64,000 bases of DNA, taken from Ancylonema sp. Lineage: Eukaryota. The stretch covers positions 1 through 64,000 of the forward strand of contig JBFLGF010000188.1 in the NCBI GenBank assembly GCA_050230475.1, read 5' to 3'. Under the pieces are notes generated by a model. The model was not told the DNA's origin and made no database searches. It worked only from the letters and a program-made list of their open reading frames with translations. Below, in pieces: positions 11,809-24,790 of this stretch (positions within the stretch are counted from its first letter, which is position 1; every line of letters begins with the position of its first letter). The position numbers and the translations under genes were made by a program.

Positions 11809-12890
11809 ATTAAAAGGGGGAAATTCGCGAGCTGATTGAAAGAGGGGACTTCGCGGTTGTGCTCGAAGACGGCGTTGACTTTTCTTGGGGAAAATCAGCC
11901 ACTCATAGCTTAACGACAGTAATTCGCTCATTTGTTCATTTTTGGTTGTTGTTTCTATCATTCGGCTGCCCTTGTTTCACCTTCGTGTGTTCTGATAGTG
12001 CTGCCCGAAGTATCGGGCAGCCTTAAGGTGAGAAGAGTGCAACCGACCAGCCTAGTTTAGAAAAGACAAAGACAATGTGTGCGACTATTTTTTACTGCAT
12101 GGTCCAATTCAGTATGAGACAAGCATAATAAATGGTAGAAAGTGTGGAGTTTTTTATGCTTTATTTATGGTAGTCCATTAGGAAGGTCGTTGTATAATGA
12201 TACGTATCAAGACTTGTTTTTGTGTGACATGTACTTTATGGAAGGAAGATTGATATCAGCAAAATAATGGCCGATTGCTGTGATCAAGTGAACATTTGGG
12301 TATACTCTTTGTCAAGGTGACGACAAGGGTATCGTGATTTCTATTTTAGGAGTAACATATATATCAGCACTCGTGTCATTCTTGACAGCAATTTGTTTTA
12401 ATCTTTGAGCCACAAAAATAGGTATAAGATGAACCCCCGTGAAGTGCGCAAATAATTATTTCCTCATACACATGTTATCTCCTGTTGCATAGGCTTGATC
12501 GAGCACACACTTATCACACATAGTGTAGATTGGGAACAAAAATACAAAACAAAAGTGTGAACAAGAGTTTCGATTTAGACACGTCATTAGTCAATCTAAC
12601 TCAACAACCCGGATTGTGTATTGATGCACATACAACGGCTCATACGGTTGTATCCCTTGGTATGATCTCGGTGACCATAGGTAGGTCAGAAGCCGTCCGG
12701 AAATTGTCGGATTGACACTATCACCCCCTCCCCAAAAAAAAAAAAACTTGAGAGACTAGTTTACCGCTTAGGTTGCTTTCTTATTTTACCTTGTGACCCA
12801 AGATGCATCCGGGGAACTCCAGACGCGTCCGGGACGCGTCCTGGACGAGCATATTTATAATGCAACTATGAATGTGACCTATTGTATGTA

Positions 12891-13457
12891 CCGTAGTGGC
12901 CATACAATTTGACCCGGGTAAAAAAAATCAATCAATATTTGTGGTGACCCATCAACTTGACCCGGGCAAAAAACATTTATTATCCCGTGACCCAATATTA
13001 TGACCCGGGTAAAAAATATTTATCACACACCGGCAAGCAAAATGACCCACCCCAAATCAACGCGTGATTTGTACCGCACCGGGTAGCTTTCGGCCGTCAA
13101 TTTTATTCTGGTTTCTTTTTGCACTACACCGTTCACTCTACACTAAAAAGTCCGTTCATTGTCCTTTCTCTCAAATTTATTCGCCGTTCATCCCGTCACT
13201 TTGCACTGAAAATTCCGTTCACATTCGTATATCTCAAATGTATTTGCCGTTCATCCGTTCACTTTACACTAATAAATCCTTTCACTTTCATTTATCTCAA
13301 ATTTATTCGTCGTTCATCCATTCACTCAATACTGGAGATTCATGTCACTTTAAAAAAAGTTCGGAATTAATGGCGTGATCCAACCCCAAAAAATGAATTA
13401 ACCCGACCCGCCCTTTCAATAATTATTTACGGGTCATTATGTATGGCCAATATACAG
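12891..13457. mobile_element. TA-flanked TIR element (Tc1/mariner-type MITE) with internal ~58-bp tandem repeats
   Basis: TA|CCGTAGTGGCCATACA ... TGTATGGCCAATATACAG|TA. Repeated TGACCC subterminal motifs. About 3.5 tandem units at 13125-13330. Confidence 0.7.
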
Positions 13458-13480
13458 TACATAGTTAGCGAGCATACATA

Positions 13481-14588
13481 TGTCATGACGCTAGAGATCG
13501 CTAAGGCGGAACCCCTCTAGATTGTTCTGAAACCCCTCTAGATTAATACTCTGCTATAATGAGAGTATTCGATATAACGATTTTCTATAATTAGTACTTC
13601 GCTATAAAAATAGTGAAGTACGAAATTTGTACGACTGGAAAATAACGCGTGGCGTATTTTCCGAAGTCTGGAATCCAGCAATCTTCAACAAATAGCTGCC
13701 TGTCGATTTTGTTTAAATCACAAGTCTCTTTCGACTTGTCGATAATCCTGGCGATTAAATCCAGCCGTAGAACTAGAGTAATATCTCGCGCCGCTTTTCA
13801 TCGGAGGGCCGAGATGAATTGTAATGTTCTAGAAGCCAGCCTGTCGTGATCTTTGATAGACTAACTCTAGTTAACTATGCCGTTTAGCACCGCGCAACAA
13901 CTTTTGGATAAAAGACAAATTGTACTTTCAGATGTGCCAGCTTCCGCTGTCAGATTGCGCTGTTAAGAAATCCCTTCAACAATCTCTGTAATCTGAATCC
14001 TTTGCAATTCTCTGAATATTGCATTCTTTCGCTCACGCGAGTGCGCAACGTGCTCGTCTTCCGACTCAGCCTGACATCCGTCAGCCAGCCGGTAAGATTG
14101 CAAATCATTCTTTGCAATCTGTGTGTGTGTGTGTAGTTTGATCTGATTCACATGAATATGTTGTTGAGAGCCAGCTTGTTAATCGACTGTAATTTCTTAC
14201 ATCGATTCGCGGACGCTCTCTCGACATCGTATCTCTGAGCCAGCAAGCGTGCGTGTGTGTTTTTAATATCTGTCGATTTGCCTGCGTTCGCTCCGAACCG
14301 GCACTTTCATTTGTGTGTGTGTGTGTGTTTTGTGTCGCTCGCTCCGAGCCAGCATTTGTTGTAAACACCTGTGTGCTGACGCTCTTTCAGAGCCAACATC
14401 TTTTATCGACGCGCCGTCGATACTTTGCTTTCGCACCGAAAGTAACTCTTACGGCTGCCTCGATAGTCTGCTCCAGACTATCTTGTTTGCTTTATAGTAT
14501 TTTCACAGACTTTTGTATTATAAAACATCTGTTAGCTCGCCCTCGGCGTTAAGTGGTGAATTTCACGAGACCGCTGAGACGTGTGATA
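13481..14588 (+). repeat. Long LTR of Gypsy family B (5' LTR)
   Basis: Starts TGTCATGA and is collinear with 47828-49077 over more than 1 kb. Followed by a shared leader and then gag. The 3' end (TGATA, read as decayed TGACA) is inferred. Confidence 0.75.
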
Positions 14589-14990
14589 GATATAATATTG
14601 ATATCTCAGCAGAGACTCAATCTGCAATCCTACTAATCCGACCGCGGAAGATCTTGAATTATCAACAAATTAAAGTCAGAAAAGGTAAATTGCCTAGTTT
14701 TCTTTTTTTTTAAGGACATTTTTTCTTCTACTATTTTGTATTCGATGTGCTCGCAAGAGTAGTGCATGCAGTGGTCACGAGATAGTAGAGGGAGATTAAC
14801 CAAACTAGAGATAATTAAATCTGCTGAAATTATAGATCGACCAGCTGCACCAGCTGTCGACAATACCTGTCTGCGATCACCGGACATTGATATAGTTATT
14901 ATTTAATCACCAGCTGCACCGGTTGTTGATACTTATAATACTGATATTGACAATTCAGCTGCACCAGCTGTCAATATCTCGGCATTCCAT

Positions 14991-17933
14991 GTGCGTAGTA
15001 CCCTTCTCGACAACGATTCTACAACCCAAGTAGAATTACAATTTGAACCCAACAAATTGACACGTTCTTTATCTGAACCAGAACATTCTTTGGAACGCCT
15101 ACCTACAGGCTCCATTAACTTGAACCCTGTTTTTATTATTGACACAGACGACCACATCGTCGACACCACAACACCTGTGGCTGGACCATCGACCACTGTT
15201 CTCACTACAACGCCACCAAGCGCTGCAACAACATCCATTTATCGACACAAGATGGTGGGACAGACTCTACCATGGCCAACCCAACGCCACTACCGACATA
15301 TACTGGAGAAACTGGTGTATAAGCTTTTGAGTGATTAGACGTGCCGGAATAATTAGGTGGGCGACAAAACGAGCCGTACGCAAGAGGATCTCTATCACTG
15401 TTGATCAACGAGACAGGAGTTGCGTGTGTGTACCGAATTATTATTGTGATTGCATCGGGGATGGTAATACCCGATGCGCTTTACAGATTGTGGTGTGCCG
15501 ACGGTCGGCACAATTGACCGTCGGCCTATCATTGACTGACAGCTCTTCTACATGTCAACGGCCACATGCCGGACATTTCTGACACGACTAATCAAGCCAA
15601 TCACGACGCGTCAAACAAATAACGTCTCTAAGCGTCGGAAACATGTCAGGTGCCCGGGCAACAAACTTGCCCGGCCCCGCATTAGCTCCCGGTTAGAGTA
15701 ACCGGTTACAACTGGACTAGCCGCAAGCATAACATATGGCTATCCAAAATATTCTAACAACTACAGGTGCGAATATTTAACTAGTGTCAAACAAGACGAG
15801 TTCATCGATAGTTTGAGACAGTTAGACCGAACTCAGCAACGCGCACACCGTATGGGGCATGTACAGTGGGACTCAATACTTACAGCGGGTTAGTATATGA
15901 AAGGAGAAGCTCATCGAGAATGACAAGAGTTTGTACGTGACAACCGTGGTACTACTACTACGGAAGATATTCGAGATATGTACCATGAACATAATTCCAA
16001 TGTCGCATATTATCGTCTGCAAGGTAGACAGGATGGACAACATGCACCGATCAAACCCACATTATCGGCAGCAGAACCAACAGAACTGGAATTGTTCATC
16101 ACTACCATCAAAAATCGTTTTCGAACTTCAGCTGCAGAGTCACTCAGATCGAAACATTCTCAGCACGACCCAACGACAGTGTTGCAACCACATTTTCACG
16201 CTTTAACGAACCAGCAACAATTGTTCAAGAGGCAGGAGCCATGACAATAGGAAGAACAACTGGCTAGGAGGTATCTACCACATATTCCTCTACCATTACA
16301 ACCCTATATCGACGATTGGCATGTCCGTGAATCAAAGGAAAGGTATTACAAAAATCCACCTGATCCTCCTATAACACGGAAGGAGATTATGGAGAAAGCC
16401 AACAAGGCTGAATTACTACGTATGAAACAAGACGCTGAGAACCGCACAGCTGGGATCACCAGATCGCCTAAACTACCTTCATACACTCCACCTATTCCAC
16501 ACAATGTTCCTAAACCAACAGGTGTACTAGCACCACGACAGGATAACAACATGGAATGCTATAACTGTCATCAGACCGGACACCTTTCGCGTGACTGTCC
16601 TGCACCAAGGAAACAAAACAACTTTCAGTCATCAGGATACCAGTCTGAAAAAACTTCCAAAACCAACCAACCCTCATGATCACAGTTTAAGGGAGGTGCG
16701 TACGGTACTGAAAACAGACAAACTTTCAAACCACGACCTCGCCAGTTTGATGCAAAATAGTACACCGCTGATGCATTCTGTGAATACTGCAAAGGGAAAC
16801 ACCACACCCGAGACCAATCTCAGAAACTTGCCAAAGCACAAAACTTACTAACTCTCAGTACACCACTTTGTCGAGATACCCAACCAAAACAAATCGGGCG
16901 GAAGACTCGTGAGACGCAGACAAGTTACCTGGCTATGCAAGTAAACGACTTGGCACGCCAACGAGAATTCGAAAACATGTCGCACCAAACAACGGACTCA
17001 GAGGTAATTGACCATACCATTCCATGTCAATATCTCATGTCAACCAGCCGTTCACCAAGAATAGCTGCAAAAGAGAAAAAGAAACCAGCGACAATTCAGA
17101 AACAAACTCAATTTTATGTTCCTGTGGTCACTCTTAGCTCTGATGCAACCTCACCATCGGAATCTACCACAGATTATCACACTCCACCTGTTGATACACC
17201 TGTGAATGCAACGCAAGTACCAACCTTGCCCGAAACTACACCAATTCATTATCAATCTAATCCTGAACCAAGTAGTTCTACTACTCCATACCCGGAGCCC
17301 CATCCAGAGACATTGCTCGAACAACGAACAAGAGAGGGGGAGGATTACGGTCGCAGACAAGGATACAGTACTAAAATGCCAGACTCATTTGTACCTGATT
17401 TTCCTAACATTTTGGAAGCTGGTGCTACAAACATTAACCAGTTCCATGATACTGCTGCTCCTCCACCCATGCCTCTACCACAGGCACAAGCTCTTCATGA
17501 CATGCTTCATGACGATGTCAACGTTTTGCGTGCACAACTGCAGATCGCAAAAAAGGCACGAGACAACGCGGTTGCACTTGTCAGCTCCATGCACGAACCT
17601 GCAGCCCAATACGCCACCAGTCAGGACTTCCACCACCTCCTCACCACGCAACTCTCAGGACACCAAATATGGTATTGCACTCCTTCGCAACAACCGTGGG
17701 GTGTTGACAATCATGAATGAGAACCAAACAAGGTGGTAATTGACAGTGGTGCCATCAAAACCATGATAGGCAGAATCATGGCATCCAAACTTGGAATAAC
17801 ACCAAACATGTTGAAACCTGGGGGAACACCATACATCACCGCATCTGGTGCTCAATAAATCAGTCTCGGTTCAACCAAAAAAAAAAATACAATTACCATC
17901 GGCAGAGGCACACCCAACCCAACCACCATTTAT
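14991..17933 (+). pseudogene. Gypsy family B gag and aspartic protease (decayed; interrupted by a Copia solo LTR)
   Basis: Gag-like YMKGEAHRE*QEF; zinc knuckle CYNCHQTGHLSRDC at 16557-16598; protease KVVIDSGAIKTMIG at ~17730. Multiple stops and frameshifts. Confidence 0.85.
15318..15759 (-). mobile_element. Solo LTR of Copia family A inserted in family-B gag
   Basis: Closely similar to the LTRs at 36146-36584 and 42268-42711. No convincing TSD. Confidence 0.85.
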
Positions 17934-19883
17934 ATGGAACTCCACATGTCTCCATCCAAAGAATTTGATGTCTTACTAGGCAATGCGATTCTGGGACCCA
18001 TTGGTGGTTACTCTGACCCTTGGCAACATCTGTTCTTTTATAGGGCAGATTGGGAAAGGGGTGGGTTATATCTAGCATCTTTACCACTCACAGTCCGACA
18101 CCAATCCAAAAAATTGGAAGTGTACATGACAGACAGTGCTTCACCATCTCTGACCCTCACACCTGAGAATCGTGCTGCAGCTCTCCAACAGAAAGAGAGG
18201 AAAGCCCAAGCAGACCAATCTGCTAGAGACAGTGAATCTGCACGTGTCAGCCCACGCCGTTCCATTCAATTCGGCTCCCAACCAGAGGAAGCCGTCTTGC
18301 CTACCTTACCACCAGTCAAAGTGGCAGCAGGTGATTATGAGGATAACTATTCCCCTAAACCTGGCTCCAAACGCATTGACCCTCCACCTGAGTTCACAAC
18401 TCAGGTGGAATTCCAAGGACCTGAGGATGCACCTCACCATTCAGTAGTACGTCATCGACTGTATGCTAAAATCGAGGACAAAATCAAGCGCAACTACATT
18501 CCTAAAGCACTTGCCAAAGCAGAGTTTATGGATTTGACCCAACCCATATCATCTCGCAGTAGCATGTGTCAGACATTATTACGCGCTGCTGGATTTGAAG
18601 AGACTTCTACTCCTATGGAATTAGACACATCAACCATTCCATCCTCGGACCTTCCAACCAATCCCACATCACCTCCACTTTCTTTACCTGACACTCCATT
18701 AATTCCAACCATTCCTTATGATACAAACCTTCCTCAAGATGACGACAACACCTTCAAAACCGATGAGCTACACGAGCTCACGGAGGACGAATTGCGAGAC
18801 CATTACCACGCAATGATCTCGCAACAAAATAGTTTTCGAGCCGTCGTCCTCAAAGAAGCCAAAAAAGAGGCTGAGGCAACAATTACACGCAGAATCACAC
18901 AACTCATCAAGGAACAGGAGTCAGTGCTTATCCGCAAGAATCTGCAAGGAGACCTTGACATCGTCGCAGCTCGGGAGACCGAAAAGACGAGATGGATCCA
19001 GCATTATGATCCTCTAGCGGCAACCCTGCATACACACTTGGAAGACAAGATGCAGGAAATGGCCAGACTTCACACTTCACAACTCCAAGAAGTTCGCCAA
19101 GAAGCTGCTCGTCTAGAACAGAGGCTGCAGCTAGAAATCGGCAAGAATGTGCTTCGAGGAGAACAGTCAGCATCAATTCCCCGTTCCTCACCATCCAGCT
19201 CCACACCCTCCACATCCATCAATCCTGCACCTTCCCCTGCTGCACGCATCCCTACCCAACCAGGGGGTGATACCATGGACACCTCGGAGGCTGTGAAACC
19301 TCCTACAACTGCTGCGCGCAAACGAGAGTCATACTCCACCCAACCAATTTCCCCGAGTGAAGTACGACCCACCAACCGGCAGCGCATGCAATCAGCATCC
19401 CCCGCCGCGGCAACACATCGCGTAGAGAGCTATATGCTGGATAGTCGGCGGTCTACACCAACAACTCCCAGCTCATCATCCCAACTACCTACGACGGAGG
19501 ACCCGGGACAACCCATCGTTTGGGCCATGGAGAAAGAGGCTGGAAAGAACAAGCCCCTCGGTGCATACGCACAGCTGCGTGATCCCAGAGATAAAACCGA
19601 TGTTGCTCAACGTCTGGCACGCACGAATACCAATGTGTCAGATTTTACCTTTCGCCAAGCATTCGTTCGACCGGCTATGGCACATTTCCTCAACATGGGC
19701 GCCATCCCGAAGGTATTCTCCGGAGCAGATCGTAGCACGTTGGTGGATTCCATCTACACGCCAACGATCCTACATTACGGCGACATTCACTACCAACACC
19801 TCAGAAGCAATGGCCGGAATTATCTTCGTGCGGCACACCTCCAAATGCAACACGACTACCAACCAATTCAACCTACCATCTAG
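17934..19883 (+). CDS. Gypsy family B polyprotein segment: protease C-terminus plus ~600 aa uncharacterised domain, truncated by an LTR insertion
   Basis: Open for 649 codons. Begins with the protease tail FDVLLGNAIL, then Pro/Ser-rich and coiled-coil-like segments. Ends 2 bp before the family-C LTR at 19886. Confidence 0.75.
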   Translation: MELHMSPSKEFDVLLGNAILGPIGGYSDPWQHLFFYRADWERGGLYLASLPLTVRHQSKKLEVYMTDSASPSLTLTPENRAAALQQKERKAQADQSARDSESARVSPRRSIQFGSQPEEAVLPTLPPVKVAAGDYEDNYSPKPGSKRIDPPPEFTTQVEFQGPEDAPHHSVVRHRLYAKIEDKIKRNYIPKALAKAEFMDLTQPISSRSSMCQTLLRAAGFEETSTPMELDTSTIPSSDLPTNPTSPPLSLPDTPLIPTIPYDTNLPQDDDNTFKTDELHELTEDELRDHYHAMISQQNSFRAVVLKEAKKEAEATITRRITQLIKEQESVLIRKNLQGDLDIVAARETEKTRWIQHYDPLAATLHTHLEDKMQEMARLHTSQLQEVRQEAARLEQRLQLEIGKNVLRGEQSASIPRSSPSSSTPSTSINPAPSPAARIPTQPGGDTMDTSEAVKPPTTAARKRESYSTQPISPSEVRPTNRQRMQSASPAAATHRVESYMLDSRRSTPTTPSSSSQLPTTEDPGQPIVWAMEKEAGKNKPLGAYAQLRDPRDKTDVAQRLARTNTNVSDFTFRQAFVRPAMAHFLNMGAIPKVFSGADRSTLVDSIYTPTILHYGDIHYQHLRSNGRNYLRAAHLQMQHDYQPIQPTI

Positions 19884-19885
19884 TG

Positions 19886-20347
19886 TGTTAGGACCCTCGC
19901 TAGAGTCACTAGGGCTCCCTAGCGAGGTCCCCAAATTTAGCGCAGGTCCCCACACTTAGCACTAGAGCGCTACTAGCTCAGTATTCCCTATAGCGAGTTC
20001 TGTCCCTATATCGTGAGAGTTGTGTCCCTCGCGGCCGTCTGGCCCCTAGGGAGTATACTGATGTGTCCTTAGCTCAGGCAGTTGTGCCTTTTAGCCAGAC
20101 TTGATGTGTCATTACCATATTCAGATAGATTGATCCTAGAGTCGGCTAAGGCCGACTTTCCTATATCTAGTCGATAAGAATGCCTCTAGAGCATTCCTAT
20201 CAACTCATGTACTTGCAATCATATTTTTACCACAACCATTCCACTCGGCTCACGCCATCTTGTCCTATCCGGCATTTTGCCATCCTCTTGCTTGTGTGCA
20301 AATTGCAACTAGCTTGCTAGGGACGTCTCTTGCATCCGCCCCTAACA
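19886..20347 (+). repeat. 5' LTR of Gypsy family C (chromovirus-like), copy 1
   Basis: TGTTAGG...CCTAACA inverted termini. Homologous to 43693-44157 and 59835-60297. Confidence 0.92.
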
Positions 20348-20442
20348 CTTTGATAGGAACATTTTTTGAAGTTTTTTTTTAAAATATTCTGAAACTGAAC
20401 TTCATTCAGCCGCCTTCTTTTTCATCTTCTACCCATTCCACC

Positions 20443-22770
20443 ATGTCTTCTCCCAATTTACAAGAAGTCATGGAAAGTCTTACGCCAGATGCACCAATCT
20501 CAAGATGAAAAGTTCAGAGTTTTACGGATGAAAACGTGCTTCAAGGCAAATTTACAGAGCTTTCGGAACAGTTTGCTTATGAAACTAATTACATGGCTTC
20601 TACAGTCGATCCAGGCGCTTTAGAATCCCAGCCTATCTCTATTCTCCAAGACCTGGTTTCATCTGACCCTCCTAAGTTTGATGGTACATCCAAACATGTC
20701 ACTACATTCTGCAATCAGGTCCGCTCTATGCTCAGGCTGGCTCCTAAACGGTTCAGCAACCCGGTCAAACCGTCCACACGTGGGCAACCTACTCACTGGA
20801 CCTGCCTCTGAGTGGTTCTCTAACTACCTAGATGACAATGGGGACCTCCCGGACGGGTTTGGGGCAGTTCGGCCGCTGAAAGATCTCCAGGACTGCTTTG
20901 GGGAGGGAGACACTCGCCTCACCAAAGAACGACACCTGCGCGAGCTCAGACAAACAGGCTCCGTGTCAGACTTCACCGTCCAGTTCAGGGCAATTGTCAA
21001 GACCTTTCCCCACTGGCCTGACCACCCCAGCATCTACACCTTCTTCGAAAAGCTCAAACCTGAGCTCCGTCGAGAGATACTCAGGTGCAGGACCCCCCTA
21101 AGACCTCTCGGAGTACGTTACCTTTGTCAAGAAGGTGGAGAACAGCATGGCTGCCAGCAGTCTGGACCGACCCTCCAAACCTGCATACATCCCCCCCCAG
21201 GCCAGAGCTCTGATCAGTTTCCCTAGCCGGTCCCCTCTCACCTGCAGATCGTCGCCATGGACATCGATGGAACCCGCCGCCAGGTCCTGCAAGTGGAACC
21301 AACTGAGATGGCTCGCCGCGTTGCTGGTAACTTGTGCCACTACTGCGGCTTGCCAGATCATGACACACGGACGTGTCCCAACAAAAGGCAAGGCCCGCAT
21401 CGTGCGCTTCCTGGATCTGCAGCGCGCAGAGCCAAAAAACGACCACCCCACACAGTCCTAGGACGGGTCTGTGCGGGTCCCCTTTCCCTACCCTCCCCCT
21501 TTCCCCACCCCCGCCAGCTCCTGCTGGCCTGCCAGTTACTACGGTATCCCCTCCCACCCATACCTGTCAGGGTGTTGATCGATTCCGAGGCCTCCGGCAA
21601 CTTCATCGATCCACAGATCCTGGCAGACTACAACCTCTCTACCCACTCCCATCCCCATCCTCTCCCGGTAGAACTCATCGATGGCAGCCCTCCAGCTGCA
21701 AGTCCCATCACCTGCTATTTCCCATCCCAACTCCAATCCCCAGGCAACCATACGGAATCCATTACCTTGGATGTCACCCGAATGGCTCACTGCCCAGTCG
21801 TCTTGGGCTTCCCCTGGCTGCCAAGCACAACCCCACCATCAACTGGCAGACAAGCACCCTGTCCCTCACCAGCCCCTAGTGTGCTGCTCAGTGCTTGCTA
21901 TCTAGTTCCTTCCCCCCATCCCTTCCCCCTCCCGAACCCCAGCCCAAACCTGCAATTTTAGATGCTGTGCATACCCCTTCAGACCCCGCCCTCTCAGCCA
22001 CGCTCCCCCTAGAGTACCACGATTTCGCAGACGTGTTCTCTGAGCAGGCTGCAAACACCCTCCCCCCCCACAAGTCATACGACTTGGCGATCCCCCTCCT
22101 ACCTGGCAAGGAACCCCCCTGGGGGCCGATCTACTCTTTTTCTGAGCCGGAGCTGGCTACCCTCAAAACGTATATCACGGACAACCTGGCGAACGGCTTC
22201 TTACGGCCGTCCACCAGTCCGGGCGGGGCTCTTGTTATGTTCATTAAAAATCTAGATGGCAAGCTCAGGTTATGTGTGGACTACAGGCAGCTCAATGTGG
22301 TGACAGTCAAGAACCGCTGCCCTCTACCCCTCATACCTAAGCTGTTGGACCGCCTGAACTCCGCCACAATCTTCACCAAGATTGACCTACGCAATGCGTA
22401 CCACCAGCTGCGCGTCAAGGAGGGGGATGAATATAAGACTGCTTTTCGCTGCCGCTACGGCCACTACGAGTACCAGGTCTGCCCTTTCGGGCCTACCAAT
22501 GCTCCTGCATCTTTTTAGTCTTTTATTAACGATGTGTTTCGAGAACACCTAGACGTCTTCCTGGCGGGTCTACTCGACGACATGATCATCTACTCCCCCT
22601 CCCTTGAAGAACATGTCCCCCACGTCCGTGCTATCCTAGCACTCCTACGGGAGAACAAGCTATATGCTAAGCTCGAGAAGTGTCAGTTCCACACGGACAC
22701 TATTGACTTTCTAGGCTAACGGGTATCCCCAGCCGGCGTGGGTATGGACCCCGAGAAAGTGGCATCTCTC
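20443..22770 (+). pseudogene. Gypsy family C gag-protease-RT (decayed, truncated within RT)
   Basis: [69 protein letters not shown]. Confidence 0.92.
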
Positions 22771-22774
22771 TTCC

Positions 22775-24790
22775 CGTGAACCTTTACACTGAGCTAGACA
22801 GGTACTCCCTGCCTGCTATTGAAGATATCTTTTAGGAACTACAAGGCGCCACCATCTTCAGAAATTTGGACCTGAAGTCCGGTTATCACCAGATCCCAGT
22901 GGCGGAGCATGACAAGGGTAAGACCGCCTTCTGGGGAAATCGACGGCTGTTGTGGGAGTGGAACGTCGTACCGTTCGGGGTGAAGAACGCCCCTCCTTAT
23001 GTTCAACGTCTCATGGACCAGGTTCTTGCTGGGCTACCCTTTGCCCGTTGCTATATTGACGATATTATCATCTGGAGTTCTTCATTTGCTGAACATTTGA
23101 ACACTTGGAAGTAGTGTTTGCACGCTTGGAAAAGTGGGGGTTAAAAGTACACCCTGGAAAATGCTTGTTTGCTGCTGAGGAAGTTGATTTCTTAGGGCAC
23201 CGGGTTAATGCCTACGGAATCCGCCCACAAATGGAGAAAACTAAAGTTATTCGGGAGATGGCTACTCCCACAGACCTGTCTAGCTTGCGTGCATTGCTAG
23301 GGTTGTTCTCTTATTACCGGAAGTTCGTTCCACACTTCTCGGTGATTGCAACCCCTCTCAACAGGTTACTCAAAAAAGATACCCCCTGGTTATGAGGAGG
23401 GAAAGAGCAAGCAGCCATGCAAAAGCTTCAACAACTGTTGTGTTCTGAGCCAGTATTGAGGCGTCCTAACTACACTCGGCCCTTCCAACTACAGACCGAC
23501 TGGAGCCAGGATGGGGTGGGCGCCGTCCTTAGCCAACATGATGAGGCGGGGCAAGAGTTTGTGGTGGCCTTTGCCAGCCGCAGCTGCAATGACGCGGAAA
23601 GAAACTACACCGCGTACGACGGAGAAAGTCTCGCTATGGTGTGGGCAATTCAACACTTCCGCCACTACTTGATCGGCAACCCTTTCCTTTTGCTGACCAA
23701 CCACACGGCGCTGGAGTGGATGATGACCACCTCCCGGCTTACGGGCAAGTTAGCTCGCTGGTCCCTCATTCTGCAAGAATATGATTTCAAAATCAAGCAC
23801 ACCCCGGGTGTCGCCAACGGTGTTGCAGATTGCTGTAGCAGGTTTCCATTGCCATCTAGTCATGACGAGTTTAGAGAAAAGAGAGAAGAATTGGGAATTA
23901 TTTGCTATGCTGATGTACAAGTGCAAGATGAGCCGGTGTTAGGCCCTGCTACTTACCTTGCGTTTCACGCAGCGGCCCTTCCTTGCACCACAGCTCCCCT
24001 GTCTGCAGCCTCTCTCTCCCCAGTTTCCCCCACAACTGTGCCCGCACCTACAGTTTCCCTATCGTCAGACGCTGCCTCTACTCCTGACATTTGGGCAGAC
24101 ACACCGGTTCTAGAGAACCTGAAACATCATCTCCATGCCCCGGACTCTACTTCAGCACAGCGCGAGAGGGTGTATAGAAGGGCTTTAGGATATCGGTGGC
24201 TGGGGGGGAGTGTATATAAGGTGTATCCGGGTGGTATCATGCTTCTCATCCCTCTCCCTTTTGCACGTTTAGAATTGATCTTACGAGTGCATCGGGAAAT
24301 GGGACACTGTGGGGTCAACCGTGTGCACGGTCTCTTGTAGAAAAACTACTAGTGGAAGGGCATGGAATCTGATGTTCGTGGCGTGATCGGCACCTGCAAC
24401 TCTTTCGCCCGAGCCAAAGCCACCTTTCGAGATCCCCACCGGGAGCTGCAGCCCCTTCCTATTCGCTGCCTCGGGTATCGGTGGGGCGTGGACTTCGCTG
24501 GTCCTTTTCCGGTCGCCAAACGAGGTAACAAGTATGTGTTGGTCCTCATCGAGCATTTCACAAAGTGGGTTGAGCTGATGCCTTTGCCTGACAAGTCTGC
24601 TGCTGGTACTCTATGGGCTTTGGTAGAGTATGTCCTCACTCGCATAGAGGCTCCTGCTGAAGTAGTAACTGATCAGGGCTCCGAGTTTAGGGGTGAGTTT
24701 CAGGATGTGCTGCCATGGAGATTCCTCTCACCACTGACAAACCCATCTTCTCGCATGCTCATAAGCTAGGGAAGAGAGAGTGGGCTCAGA
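22775..24790 (+). pseudogene. Gypsy RT-RNase H-integrase of a second lineage (probably family-B type)
   Basis: LDLKSGYHQ; TAFWG; CYIDDIII; LQTDWS; FASRSCN; HCGV..V; RWGVDFAGP; VVTDQGSEF. Followed by a displaced pre-RT piece MEIPLTTDKPIF. Confidence 0.9.

Noticed and set aside
13125..13330. Regularly spaced repeats that might suggest a CRISPR array
   Set aside because: Whole ~58-bp units repeat with no unique spacers, there are no cas genes, and the context is a eukaryotic MITE.
14599..14618. Candidate tRNA PBS of family B (TGATATCTCAGCAGAGACTC)
   Set aside because: Lacks an intact TGG start in both copies, and I cannot assign a tRNA without a search.
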